DNA of 60,958 bases from a bacterium (lineage in GTDB: Bacteria; Patescibacteriota; Minisyncoccia; Phycocordibacterales; UBA6899), in NCBI GenBank assembly GCA_043756865.1, contig JAYUQG010000028.1, positions 1-60,958 of the forward strand, in the 5' to 3' direction. The notes below the pieces were generated by a model that saw only the letters and a program-made list of their open reading frames with translations, made no database searches and had not been told where the DNA came from. Position numbers and translations under genes: made by a program. Positions 34,690 through 42,817 of this stretch are shown piece after piece. Position 1 is the first letter of the stretch. Each line of letters begins with the position of its first letter.

Positions 34690-35676
34690 ATGAACAACAA
34701 GCTTTCGCTTAGTGAGCTACGTGCAATGGTCCAACCCTTTGCCAAAGCATCAAATCTACGTGGGTTAATTGAGGTTGGGCTGACACTCTTCCTTTTCTTC
34801 TCGCTTTTGGTACTCGCCGGGCTTGCAAGCACGTACTCTGTCACGCTTGCAATACTTATGGGAATCCCTGCGGGCATCCTCTATGTCCGCGTGTTTGTCC
34901 TTCAGCATGACTGTGGACATCGTTCCCTATTTGCGAATCCGAGACTCAACGTATGGGTCGGACGACTACTCTCACTTCTTGCACTCACTCCGTCCAAATA
35001 CTGGAACACCGCACACCACGTGCATCATCAGAACAATGGACGGTTGGATACAGCGCACTGTGAAGGAGCGATGCTCTTTTACACGGTGGAGCAATACGGC
35101 AAATTAACTCGTTGGGAGAAATTCCGCTATCGGCTGTTTTACTTTCCCCCGATTCTTTTCTTAATTAGCCCGACGCTATTGTTCGCAGGCTATTATCGAT
35201 GCTGGTGGCTTGCGAAGAACTCGACCGATCGCAAAAGCATGATCGCGACCAACATCGCGCTTGCGGTGATCTTCACGTCGCTCTTCGTTGTCATCGAACC
35301 CTCCACGCTCGTACTCGCGTATGTGCCTGCGATGGTCGTCGGCTCGTCGATAGGTGTCTGGCTTTTCTACATCCAGCACATCTTTGAGAATGCATACTTC
35401 GCGCATGAGGAAGACTACAGCAAGCGCGACGCAATCGTGCAAGGGAGTTCCTTCTATCAACTTCCGCGATTCTTGAACTGGCTGACGGGAAGTATCGGCT
35501 ATCACTCGATTCACCACCTCAACCCAAGTATTCCCAGCTATCGATTACACGCATGCTGGGAGAAAGTGAAGCACTGCTTCGACGAAACGCCGAGGTTCAC
35601 TCTGCTGCAAAGCTTCCGACTCACCGGACTCAGTCTCTGGGATGACGTCCAGAAAAAAATGGTGCGATTCACCTAA
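34690..35676 (+). CDS. membrane fatty-acid desaturase
   Basis: Three histidine boxes: HDCGH, HHVHHQ and HSIHH. GAGGT lies 4 nt upstream of ATG 34690. Confidence 0.88.
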   Translation: MNNKLSLSELRAMVQPFAKASNLRGLIEVGLTLFLFFSLLVLAGLASTYSVTLAILMGIPAGILYVRVFVLQHDCGHRSLFANPRLNVWVGRLLSLLALTPSKYWNTAHHVHHQNNGRLDTAHCEGAMLFYTVEQYGKLTRWEKFRYRLFYFPPILFLISPTLLFAGYYRCWWLAKNSTDRKSMIATNIALAVIFTSLFVVIEPSTLVLAYVPAMVVGSSIGVWLFYIQHIFENAYFAHEEDYSKRDAIVQGSSFYQLPRFLNWLTGSIGYHSIHHLNPSIPSYRLHACWEKVKHCFDETPRFTLLQSFRLTGLSLWDDVQKKMVRFT

Positions 35677-35678
35677 AC

Positions 35679-35708
35679 ACACACGGTACATCCCGTGTGT
35701 TTTATTTT
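35679..35708 (+). terminator. intrinsic terminator after the desaturase
   Basis: acacacgg-tacatc-ccgtgtgt followed by tttatttt. Confidence 0.7.
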
Positions 35709-35742
35709 GCACAAAACGGCGAAATCGGGTTAGGATAATGCA

Positions 35743-36813
35743 ATGTCCAAACGAATTCCGCACCTCCTTGTACGAGTGTTTTCTCTTGCGTTCATTCTTG
35801 TCCCGATTTTCCTTTTATATTTTGTTGCACAGTTTTTAATAGCACGCATACCCCAAGTTGCGGCAACCTACCCATCAATTCACTGCACCGGAGACAAAGC
35901 CGCGGATTTTGCCTGTCACAAGAAGCATTTCGATACGCTTGCGAGTGTATTTGGGGAGCGTGTCGCACTCACGAACTTGAAACAGCGCTATGCGCAGGAT
36001 CCGTTTGTAGTTTCTCAATGCCATCAATTGGCACACGGCGTTGGGAACGTTGCAGCGCGTGCGTATCCTGATATTGCAGATGCATTTGTACACGGCGATG
36101 CTATCTGCTGGTCCGGCTACTACCACGGCGTTGTCGAAGAATATGTGCACACGCGCGGCAAAGAGACGTTTATAGCCGGTGCAGACAGCATGTGTGCACG
36201 TATTAAAGACAAAGAACGCTATGGATTCGACTACTACAACTGTGTGCACGGCCTCGGGCATGGAGTGATGGCCGTAACAAGAAATGAGCTTTTTGAGTCA
36301 CTGACCCTCTGTGACAGCCTTACTGGGGATTGGGGACGCAGGTCTTGCTACGGAGGTGTCTTCATGGAAAATATCATGGTCGATAATCGTAACCATTACG
36401 CGGCGTATCTCAAACCGGACGACCTGCTTTATCCCTGCAATGCAGTAGACACCCCCTACAAAGAAGAGTGTTACAAAATGCAGACATCCTACGCCCTCAC
36501 AAAGAATGGGAGGGATTTCAAAAAACTTTTCCAGCTTTGCGCTGGTGCAGACCCAGATTTCAGAAATACTTGTGCGCAGTCGATCGGACGTGACGCATCG
36601 GGCTCAAGTGTCAGCGACATTCTTGCCACAAAAACAACCTGCGCTCTTGCAGGGAGTGACGACCAATATGCAAATTGTGTAATAGGGGCGGTGAAGGATT
36701 TCGTCTCATATTTCCACGGTGATGAAAAAGCACGTGCCTTTTGTTTTGAAATACCACAACGTTTTCAACAAACTTGTGAAACCGCGCTGATGGAGCAGTG
36801 GCGAACGCTTTAG
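35743..36813 (+). CDS. secreted or anchored Cys-rich repeat protein (hypothetical)
   Basis: N-terminal TM helix, then about 7 units each opening with Cys (SQCHQLAHGVG, YNCVHGLGHGV, RSCYGGVF, EECYKMQ, NTCAQSIG, ANCVIGAV, QTCETAL). Confidence 0.6.
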   Translation: MSKRIPHLLVRVFSLAFILVPIFLLYFVAQFLIARIPQVAATYPSIHCTGDKAADFACHKKHFDTLASVFGERVALTNLKQRYAQDPFVVSQCHQLAHGVGNVAARAYPDIADAFVHGDAICWSGYYHGVVEEYVHTRGKETFIAGADSMCARIKDKERYGFDYYNCVHGLGHGVMAVTRNELFESLTLCDSLTGDWGRRSCYGGVFMENIMVDNRNHYAAYLKPDDLLYPCNAVDTPYKEECYKMQTSYALTKNGRDFKKLFQLCAGADPDFRNTCAQSIGRDASGSSVSDILATKTTCALAGSDDQYANCVIGAVKDFVSYFHGDEKARAFCFEIPQRFQQTCETALMEQWRTL

Positions 36814-36833
36814 TCTGCGCTCAGCAAAGCAGG

Positions 36834-37372
36834 TCATAGTACGTCCCGAGGAAGGAGCCAGATATATACTGCGAGGACTGCTGAGACAATCGCCATTCCG
36901 ATAAAAATTGGGGTAAAACCGAATAGACTGATAATGTATCCGTCAATGAGCACAGCGACTCCTGTCGCAATCGACGCAACACCCTCGAGCCCCCCCATTC
37001 GGCAATAGATTTATCCTTGGTAGCATGCTCGCTGTAGACTGCGTAAAACGCAGGGACACCGATTGCCGCGGCTACTCCCTCAAAGCATCTGCGTCAATAC
37101 AAGCTGCGACATGCTCGATATCATTGCATGCGAAAGAACGACAACTGTGCGAATCAAATATCCAAGCGCAAGTAATAATTCGTGTTCCTTCACGCGAAGC
37201 TCCCACCGCGCAAACAACAGCGTGAGTACTCCCGAAATAATTCCAAAGACTGCCCAAGGAAGTCCCACGAAAGCGATGTCTCAGCCAACTTTCACTACAT
37301 AAATTGAGGAGAAAGGGGCGAACAATCTCACCACAAAAGTGAGCAGCATATTGATGGTAATCAATATTCTTA
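36834..37372 (-). pseudogene. disrupted membrane-protein gene (MFS-like C-terminal remnant)
   Basis: Hand translation shows TM-rich sequence in one frame that is interrupted by an in-frame TGA (37281-37283) and stops at 37080. It then continues in another frame (FEGVAAAIGVPAFYAV...IWLLPRDVL*). Confidence 0.5.
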
Positions 37373-37513
37373 AGCTTTTCTTTATTCCGTTGCGGGACGT
37401 AACAAATGGAAATATTCACGAAATATCATCATGAGCATCACATCAGAACACACCCTGACACACAGACTTCTTTTCTTAACAGAAAACACGTTACAAGTTA
37501 CACTGAAGTTTAT

Positions 37514-37924
37514 ATGAACAACCAAGTGAGAAGAATCCTCTGCATCGAAGATGACACCTTTTTGCTTAACCTTATTTCCGGGAAATTCACGGAAGTAGGC
37601 ATACAGGCAATCGGCGCACATGGAGGAATCGAGGGTGTGGTGCTTGCAAGCTCCGTCAATCCGGACCTTATTCTCCTTGACCTTATGCTTCCCGATATAT
37701 TGGGCTTAGACGTGCTGGACAAGCTAAAAGCAGACGATAAAACAAAACACATACCCGTTATCATTTTCTCAAATCTCGGTGCGCGAGCTGAAATCGAGGC
37801 AGGAATTGCGCACGGTGCTACGAGTTATCTCGTAAAGTCGAACACCCTCCCCGGCGAGCTCGTTGAGACTATTTCAAAAGAATTAGACATTGTTTCCCCT
37901 GAAGTGAGTCCGATAATAGAATAG
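37514..37924 (+). CDS. single-domain response regulator (CheY-like receiver)
   Basis: RILCIEDD, LILLDLMLPD and IPVIIFSNLG...YLVKS. No output domain. Confidence 0.85.
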   Translation: MNNQVRRILCIEDDTFLLNLISGKFTEVGIQAIGAHGGIEGVVLASSVNPDLILLDLMLPDILGLDVLDKLKADDKTKHIPVIIFSNLGARAEIEAGIAHGATSYLVKSNTLPGELVETISKELDIVSPEVSPIIE

Positions 37925-38070
37925 GTTGGATTTTTTTGCGCTAGCCAAAAGTATGCATACGGGCATGCTTGTCCGTGACGTCGTTCGGGTTATATGGATG
38001 TATCAAAACACATCCATATGACCCTCGTTAGCCGAAGTAAGCGCGAGGACGCTCTTCCGAAGCGTCATTC

Positions 38071-38106
38071 GGGGAAATTTCATATGCAGACATATGAATT
38101 TGCCCC
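38071..38106. promoter_or_regulatory. 36-nt imperfect palindrome upstream of the ECF sigma gene
   Basis: ggggaaatttcatatgc-ag-acatatgaatttgcccc, with 14 of 17 arm positions complementary. Confidence 0.3.
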
Positions 38107-38168
38107 TCACTAGCTTCGGTAACCTTTTTGCTCTAGCATCACATTGTATGGATGTAGAAGGAAATACC

Positions 38169-38732
38169 ATGAATAAAGTTTCAGCACTCAAGGGAGCCGT
38201 TTATGAGGCGGCACAAGGAGATAAGGGCGCATTTCGCGTCGTCTTTGACCTCGTGGGCGACAAACTTTTTCGATACCTTCTTGGGCAACTCGGCGACCGC
38301 GAAGATGCGCTGGACTGTCTCCAAGACACGCTTGTCGATCTTTGGAAGGGTCTCCCGCAATTTCGTTATCGTTCCGATGCGGAGTTCTGGGGATATGTGT
38401 TTCTCATCGCGCGCAGGAAAGTCTTTGCGCGACGCAAGCAAGCGAAGACTGACCATGTCGCAGTCGACAATGACACACTTGAAATCCTCCACGATTCCTC
38501 CCCAGACACTCCCCTGATTGGGGACTCCGAGACGTTGCGTATTGCAATGAAACGCATGAATGACGCGTCGCGTGAAGTACTCAATCTGCGGTACTGGTCA
38601 GACCTCTCCTTTAAAGAAATTGCGATTGCAACTGACGTCACGGAAAATGCCGCAAAAGTACGTCACCATCGCGCATTACAAGAATTACAAGCTTACCTTC
38701 CCAATGGATATGTCGAACAACAATTTACATAA
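38169..38732 (+). CDS. ECF-type RNA polymerase sigma-70 family factor
   Basis: Region 2 (DALDCLQDTLVDLWKGL) and region 4 HTH (LSFKEIAIATDVTENAAKVRHHRALQEL). GAAGGAA lies upstream of ATG 38169. Confidence 0.85.
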   Translation: MNKVSALKGAVYEAAQGDKGAFRVVFDLVGDKLFRYLLGQLGDREDALDCLQDTLVDLWKGLPQFRYRSDAEFWGYVFLIARRKVFARRKQAKTDHVAVDNDTLEILHDSSPDTPLIGDSETLRIAMKRMNDASREVLNLRYWSDLSFKEIAIATDVTENAAKVRHHRALQELQAYLPNGYVEQQFT

Positions 38733-40755
38733 TATAGACAAACAAATGAAACATCTTCTTCCTGAAGACCTAACGGATTCGGAGAAAAATTATGTTTGGA
38801 GTAACGTGACTCCTCATTTGCGTGCACAGGCAAAGACCACTCCGTTTTTTGCATCATTTTGGCGTAAAGCAATCGCGTTTACATTAGTAGCGAGTATTGT
38901 CATGGGGGGTGGACTTGCAACAGCATCTGCACATTACGACGTAGTGCCCGGAGATTTTCTGTTCCCCGTCGAAGTAGCGACGGAAAAGGTACAGATTTTT
39001 CTTGCCGGGAGCTCAACTTCCAAAGAATCACTTCGTATTAAATTTGCTGAAAAACGTCTCGTAGAAGTTAAAACGCTTATTAAGTTGTCCAAAGCAGCTG
39101 CGGACACAAAGGCAGCTGTTACAAGTAGTGTGGCTGGGGCTACTGCAACTTCGACTACGCAAGCAATCACTACGACGACTTCCGCAAGTCCTGCAACCAC
39201 AACAATTTATCTTTCGAAGGGAGCAATGAAACAGATTGCGCGTACTGAACGCGCCATCGCCATCGCACTGGGAGAGTTGGAGGAAACACGAAGCATGCTT
39301 GCCTCCGCAGGGTCGCAGAGTGGGGTGTTTATCATTGATGACATAATCGAAGAGTTGCGTGGTGCTGGAGACGGAACCGTGACTATTACAAAAATCGCCG
39401 CAAAAGGAAACAGCGGAAAAGTGAGCATCAAGGCCACATTTACACCGACAGGATGGGCAACAACTTCAAATAGCTTCTCGGGTACGGTAAAAATCGAAGA
39501 AACAAAGCGCGGCACAAGGATTACCATGAATGACACTGAGGTGAAAACAAGCATCACAGTGCGTGCTACAAATACCCCAGATAAAGCAAGACACGGGAAT
39601 AAAGATGACGACGAAGATGTCGGGGGTGACGATCATGACCGTTACGACAAACGCGGAAAAGACGATGACGGCGAGGATGATGATCATGACGATGAGCGTG
39701 ATAACAAAGGAAAAAACCACAACAAAAAGAAAACAAAGGTTTGCCATCGTTCTGACAACGAACGTCACACAATTGAAATCTCTCTCTCTGCGGCACGCGC
39801 GCATTTAGCTCACGGTGACACACTTGGGGCGTGTCAAACCGGGGGTGGCACTGGTACCACAACACCAGACACAACCAATCCTGCTTTCAGTGACGTGACG
39901 GTAAGTGCAGGCACAAGCACAGTGACCCTAGACTGGAAAACGAACGAGCCAACACGCGCACGTATATATGTCAGCACCGTTTCTCCAGTAAGCGCCGTTA
40001 CCCCAAATACTGAATTTGCAGATCTCACACTCACACGAGCAACCACACTCAGGGGACTAAGTACTTCGACAACGTATTACTTTCTTATCTCAGTAAGTGA
40101 TGCAGCGGGAAATCGCGCCACCACATCACAGGGTTCGTTTGTGACAGGCTCAGGTATACCCCCCGTCACTGTCGACACAACTACCCCCACGATAGCTGGA
40201 ATTGCCTTCACCCCCAGCACCACAGGGGTCGGAGTAACATGGATAACCGATGAGGCAGCAAAGACGCGTGTGTGGTTGCGCGCAACATCCTCGCCCGATG
40301 TTTCGCTTGCGCCGACACAAGAAGAGTCGGGTATGGCGACCTCGCACAGCATGAATTTAAGTGCGCTCATGCCAGCCACGGTGTACCGTGTCATTCTCTC
40401 GGCAGTTGATGCTGCAGGAAATCGTGGAACATCTACTGAGCGCTCATTTACCACCAGTGCACTCCCCGCTCCCGCGGACGTGACAGCGCCCACCGTCTCA
40501 GGGATAGAGAAATCCGTCGCCACAACCACGGCGCTGATTACTTGGAACACCAATGAGGCTGCAGGTACAGTATTCTACTTTGGAACAGGTATTCCTGCTC
40601 TGGGAACAGCACTATCCAACAACACAATGCTCTTGGCGCACGATGCTTCACTCTCGGGACTTACGGGCTCAACAACCTACCGATTCCTCATTGTGTCGAA
40701 GGACTCCGCTGGAAATACAGCGACAACAAGTGAGTCGACACTCACGACACTCTAA
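38704..40755 (+). CDS. anti-sigma-like membrane protein: TM, DUF5667-like helical region, acidic/His-rich spacer, three FN3-like repeats
   Basis: The start overlaps the sigma gene's end by 29 nt (or 23 nt from ATG 38710). There is a single TM helix (AIAFTLVASIVMGGGLATA). Three ~95-aa repeats each end in ...AGN.(A/G)T(T/S). Confidence 0.7.
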   Translation: MDMSNNNLHNIDKQMKHLLPEDLTDSEKNYVWSNVTPHLRAQAKTTPFFASFWRKAIAFTLVASIVMGGGLATASAHYDVVPGDFLFPVEVATEKVQIFLAGSSTSKESLRIKFAEKRLVEVKTLIKLSKAAADTKAAVTSSVAGATATSTTQAITTTTSASPATTTIYLSKGAMKQIARTERAIAIALGELEETRSMLASAGSQSGVFIIDDIIEELRGAGDGTVTITKIAAKGNSGKVSIKATFTPTGWATTSNSFSGTVKIEETKRGTRITMNDTEVKTSITVRATNTPDKARHGNKDDDEDVGGDDHDRYDKRGKDDDGEDDDHDDERDNKGKNHNKKKTKVCHRSDNERHTIEISLSAARAHLAHGDTLGACQTGGGTGTTTPDTTNPAFSDVTVSAGTSTVTLDWKTNEPTRARIYVSTVSPVSAVTPNTEFADLTLTRATTLRGLSTSTTYYFLISVSDAAGNRATTSQGSFVTGSGIPPVTVDTTTPTIAGIAFTPSTTGVGVTWITDEAAKTRVWLRATSSPDVSLAPTQEESGMATSHSMNLSALMPATVYRVILSAVDAAGNRGTSTERSFTTSALPAPADVTAPTVSGIEKSVATTTALITWNTNEAAGTVFYFGTGIPALGTALSNNTMLLAHDASLSGLTGSTTYRFLIVSKDSAGNTATTSESTLTTL

Positions 40756-40770
40756 AAAATAGTAATATAG

Positions 40771-40810
40771 AGATGTAAAAAACCGCACATAAGTGCGGTT
40801 TTTTACATCT
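40771..40810. terminator. bidirectional terminator, 18-bp perfect stem
   Basis: agatgtaaaaaaccgcac-ataa-gtgcggttttttacatct. Confidence 0.75.
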
Positions 40811-41891
40811 GAGTACTGATGGTGGATGGTGCGGCAGCGACGATTGCTACGTTGAATCGTTCACGTCCCAGCATCGCACCACTCACCGTGCGGACAGAAA
40901 CACGCCAACGACCTTCCTCGATATCAGTCTTCATGGAATACCCGCGATACCCTCCCTCTCGTCCCCCCGCAACAGGAAAATCAACAACAGTGCGTATTTC
41001 CCAGTCACCATACTGCTCGTTGTAGTACTCCCACTCGTGAGTAATTACTGTATCAAGTTTTGTGGGTGCAAACACTGCACTAAAAAAATACAGTGGTGCC
41101 CCTTGTTGAATATGCATGGTGGGTGGGGTAAGAAACGTACCCATCCTCTGCGACTCGCGCTCGAGTGCATACCCCCCGCTATCACGGGTAATATGATGGG
41201 CAACTTCTCCTGCACGAAGCGATAACGGAATTGGCGGTATTACATGCGCGAAATAAAAAATATTCATAACAAGATAAATACCTCCGATGAATCCGGCAAT
41301 TGTGTACTGTGCTTTTCTCTCCATGTTGGGAACGACGAGGTGGAGGGCTCCCACAAAGAGTGACATGATCGCGAGCGCGGCAATTCCGCTTAATAGGAAG
41401 ACTGCGGTGCCCATTGCCCCCAGAAGCACGGGAATTCCGAAACTCATACCCATAAATAACACAAAAAAGAAAATCGAAAGCTGAAACCACAGTCGCTCGT
41501 ATCGCCGACGTGCCAGCTCGTTTCCGACTAAAAGACACAGGAGCAGTAGCATAAAAGGCCAGCTCTCGACAATCGATGCACTCCGCGAATAATATATAAA
41601 AATTGCGGAGAGTAGGCCTCCAAAAAAGAACTGCGTCATCGTGGTAAGCAAGAGTGTTTGACGTACGATACTCAACCGTGTGATGCGCTTCGCCTCTACC
41701 ATCTGCAGTGTTACGATAAGAGCGCCAGCGATACAGAGATACGTGCCCAACACGACATATGAAGCTGTGGAGTCTATGCGTGGCAGAAGGAAACTGTCCA
41801 AAATAAATCCGACAAGGAGCGCGAGTGCGGAGAGGTGGCGCTCTTTTGTTTTCACGTAGGAAATAATCGCACGATGATTCATCATTTGCAT
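40803..41891 (-). CDS. multi-pass membrane protein with a C-terminal DUF2914-like domain
   Basis: About 8 TM helices, then HEWEYYNEQYGDWEIRT...GGREGGYRGYSMKT...GRWRVSVRT. Confidence 0.7.
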   Translation of the reverse strand: MQMMNHRAIISYVKTKERHLSALALLVGFILDSFLLPRIDSTASYVVLGTYLCIAGALIVTLQMVEAKRITRLSIVRQTLLLTTMTQFFFGGLLSAIFIYYSRSASIVESWPFMLLLLCLLVGNELARRRYERLWFQLSIFFFVLFMGMSFGIPVLLGAMGTAVFLLSGIAALAIMSLFVGALHLVVPNMERKAQYTIAGFIGGIYLVMNIFYFAHVIPPIPLSLRAGEVAHHITRDSGGYALERESQRMGTFLTPPTMHIQQGAPLYFFSAVFAPTKLDTVITHEWEYYNEQYGDWEIRTVVDFPVAGGREGGYRGYSMKTDIEEGRWRVSVRTVSGAMLGRERFNVAIVAAAPSTISTQM

Positions 41892-41926
41892 ATCCTATAA
41901 CGAAGCACAAATCCGTGCGAGTGTAT

Positions 41927-41954
41927 AAAAAAAACGCGCCCCGTAGAGCGCGTT
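41927..41954 (-). terminator. intrinsic terminator
   Basis: Minus strand reads aacgcgc-tctacggg-gcgcgtt followed by tttttttt. Confidence 0.65.
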
Positions 41955-42092
41955 GAACTTGTCTTGCGGTCACTTATACAGCGACGGCAACAACCGACCA
42001 AAGGAAGAGCGTTGCATTGGTCGAAACGACCATGGCAACCGCCTCATAATCCGCAGCAAAATGCTTCATATGCGTGAAGGCTAATTCAGCCC

Positions 42093-42121
42093 ATAAAACA
42101 GGCCGACCCAGAGGGCCGGCC
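42093..42121 (-). terminator. terminator-like hairpin (G-U pair only on the minus strand)
   Basis: Minus strand reads ggccggccc-tct-gggtcggcc followed by tgtttta. Confidence 0.5.
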
Positions 42122-42428
42122 AATAAAAAATGGGCACTAAGCCCTCCAGTAGATTCATTGTAACTCGAGGTACGTGTTTGTAAAGTAAGTTGTCCACACC
42201 AACCACAAAGCACCTCCGCTATTGAGGATCATTTACAAGCTCCGATACAAGTACTCTTCGAGAATCCGGTATTCACATACAGCTGTCCACTCCTGCGCCA
42301 CCCGTCTGTTACTGCGTGTTTAGCTGCCTCCCGCAGGTGTTTTTTGTTGTAACTAAATGAGTCTTTCCTCGAGGAAAACTATTTTATTGTTTGTCGTACC
42401 TCAGATAGAGAATATAATCAAACTCGTA

Positions 42429-42785
42429 TTATTCAAGTGTGGGCACCACCTCAAACTCACCATCAATTGTGGTTGACTCGATGACGCGCATCACAGGAAT
42501 TCCTGAGGAGTGTGCCGGCAGTGACGGATCCAATTGATAATCAGTATTTCCACCGTATTGCATCATGTACTCGTGATACCTCCCGTGACGATCACTCTCC
42601 ACCTCTCGGCCCTCGCCGAAGCCCATGCAATATCCAATACCAAAAATAGTAATAATCAACAGTACTGCGAGAATTGTACGCAGTACGCAGCAACCTGAAT
42701 AGCAATAGCGATGCATGTTCAAACATGTACTCTGGCAATCACCTCCATCTGAAGATTTTGTTTTGTGAATTTTTGCTTCTTCCAT
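42429..42785 (-). CDS. membrane-anchored protein with an N-terminal Cys cluster (hypothetical)
   Basis: GGDCQSTCLNMHRYCYSGCCV directly precedes the TM helix LRTILAVLLIITIFGIGYCMGF. Confidence 0.5.
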   Translation of the reverse strand: MEEAKIHKTKSSDGGDCQSTCLNMHRYCYSGCCVLRTILAVLLIITIFGIGYCMGFGEGREVESDRHGRYHEYMMQYGGNTDYQLDPSLPAHSSGIPVMRVIESTTIDGEFEVVPTLE

Positions 42786-42817
42786 AAATATATAAATTAC
42801 TATCTACTCAATTATGT

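Noticed and set aside
37281-37283. In-frame TGA as evidence for genetic code 25 (TGA = Gly), as in some CPR lineages
   Set aside because: Long conserved genes (ileS, argS, glmS, ftsH, guaB) are intact under the standard code with no internal TGA. At least one gene (30323-30961) terminates with TGA. The stop is better read as a pseudogene lesion.
41182-41973. A 263-aa ORF overlapping the DUF2914 membrane-protein gene in another frame
   Set aside because: The translation is Arg/Cys/Tyr-rich and non-protein-like. The overlapping frame gives clean TM helices and a recognisable C-terminal domain.
41974-42213. A 79-aa ORF in the gene-poor stretch
   Set aside because: The GTG start is fused to, not spaced from, a GGAGG. 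A terminator-like hairpin (42101-42121) lies inside it. Only the last 31 codons, from ATG 42069, look like a possible peptide.
42360-42380. GAGGAAAGAC on the minus strand, resembling the RNase P CR-I box
   Set aside because: It is simply one half of the perfect palindrome tttcctcgaggaaa. No matching P4 3' strand or other conserved RNase P regions lie nearby.
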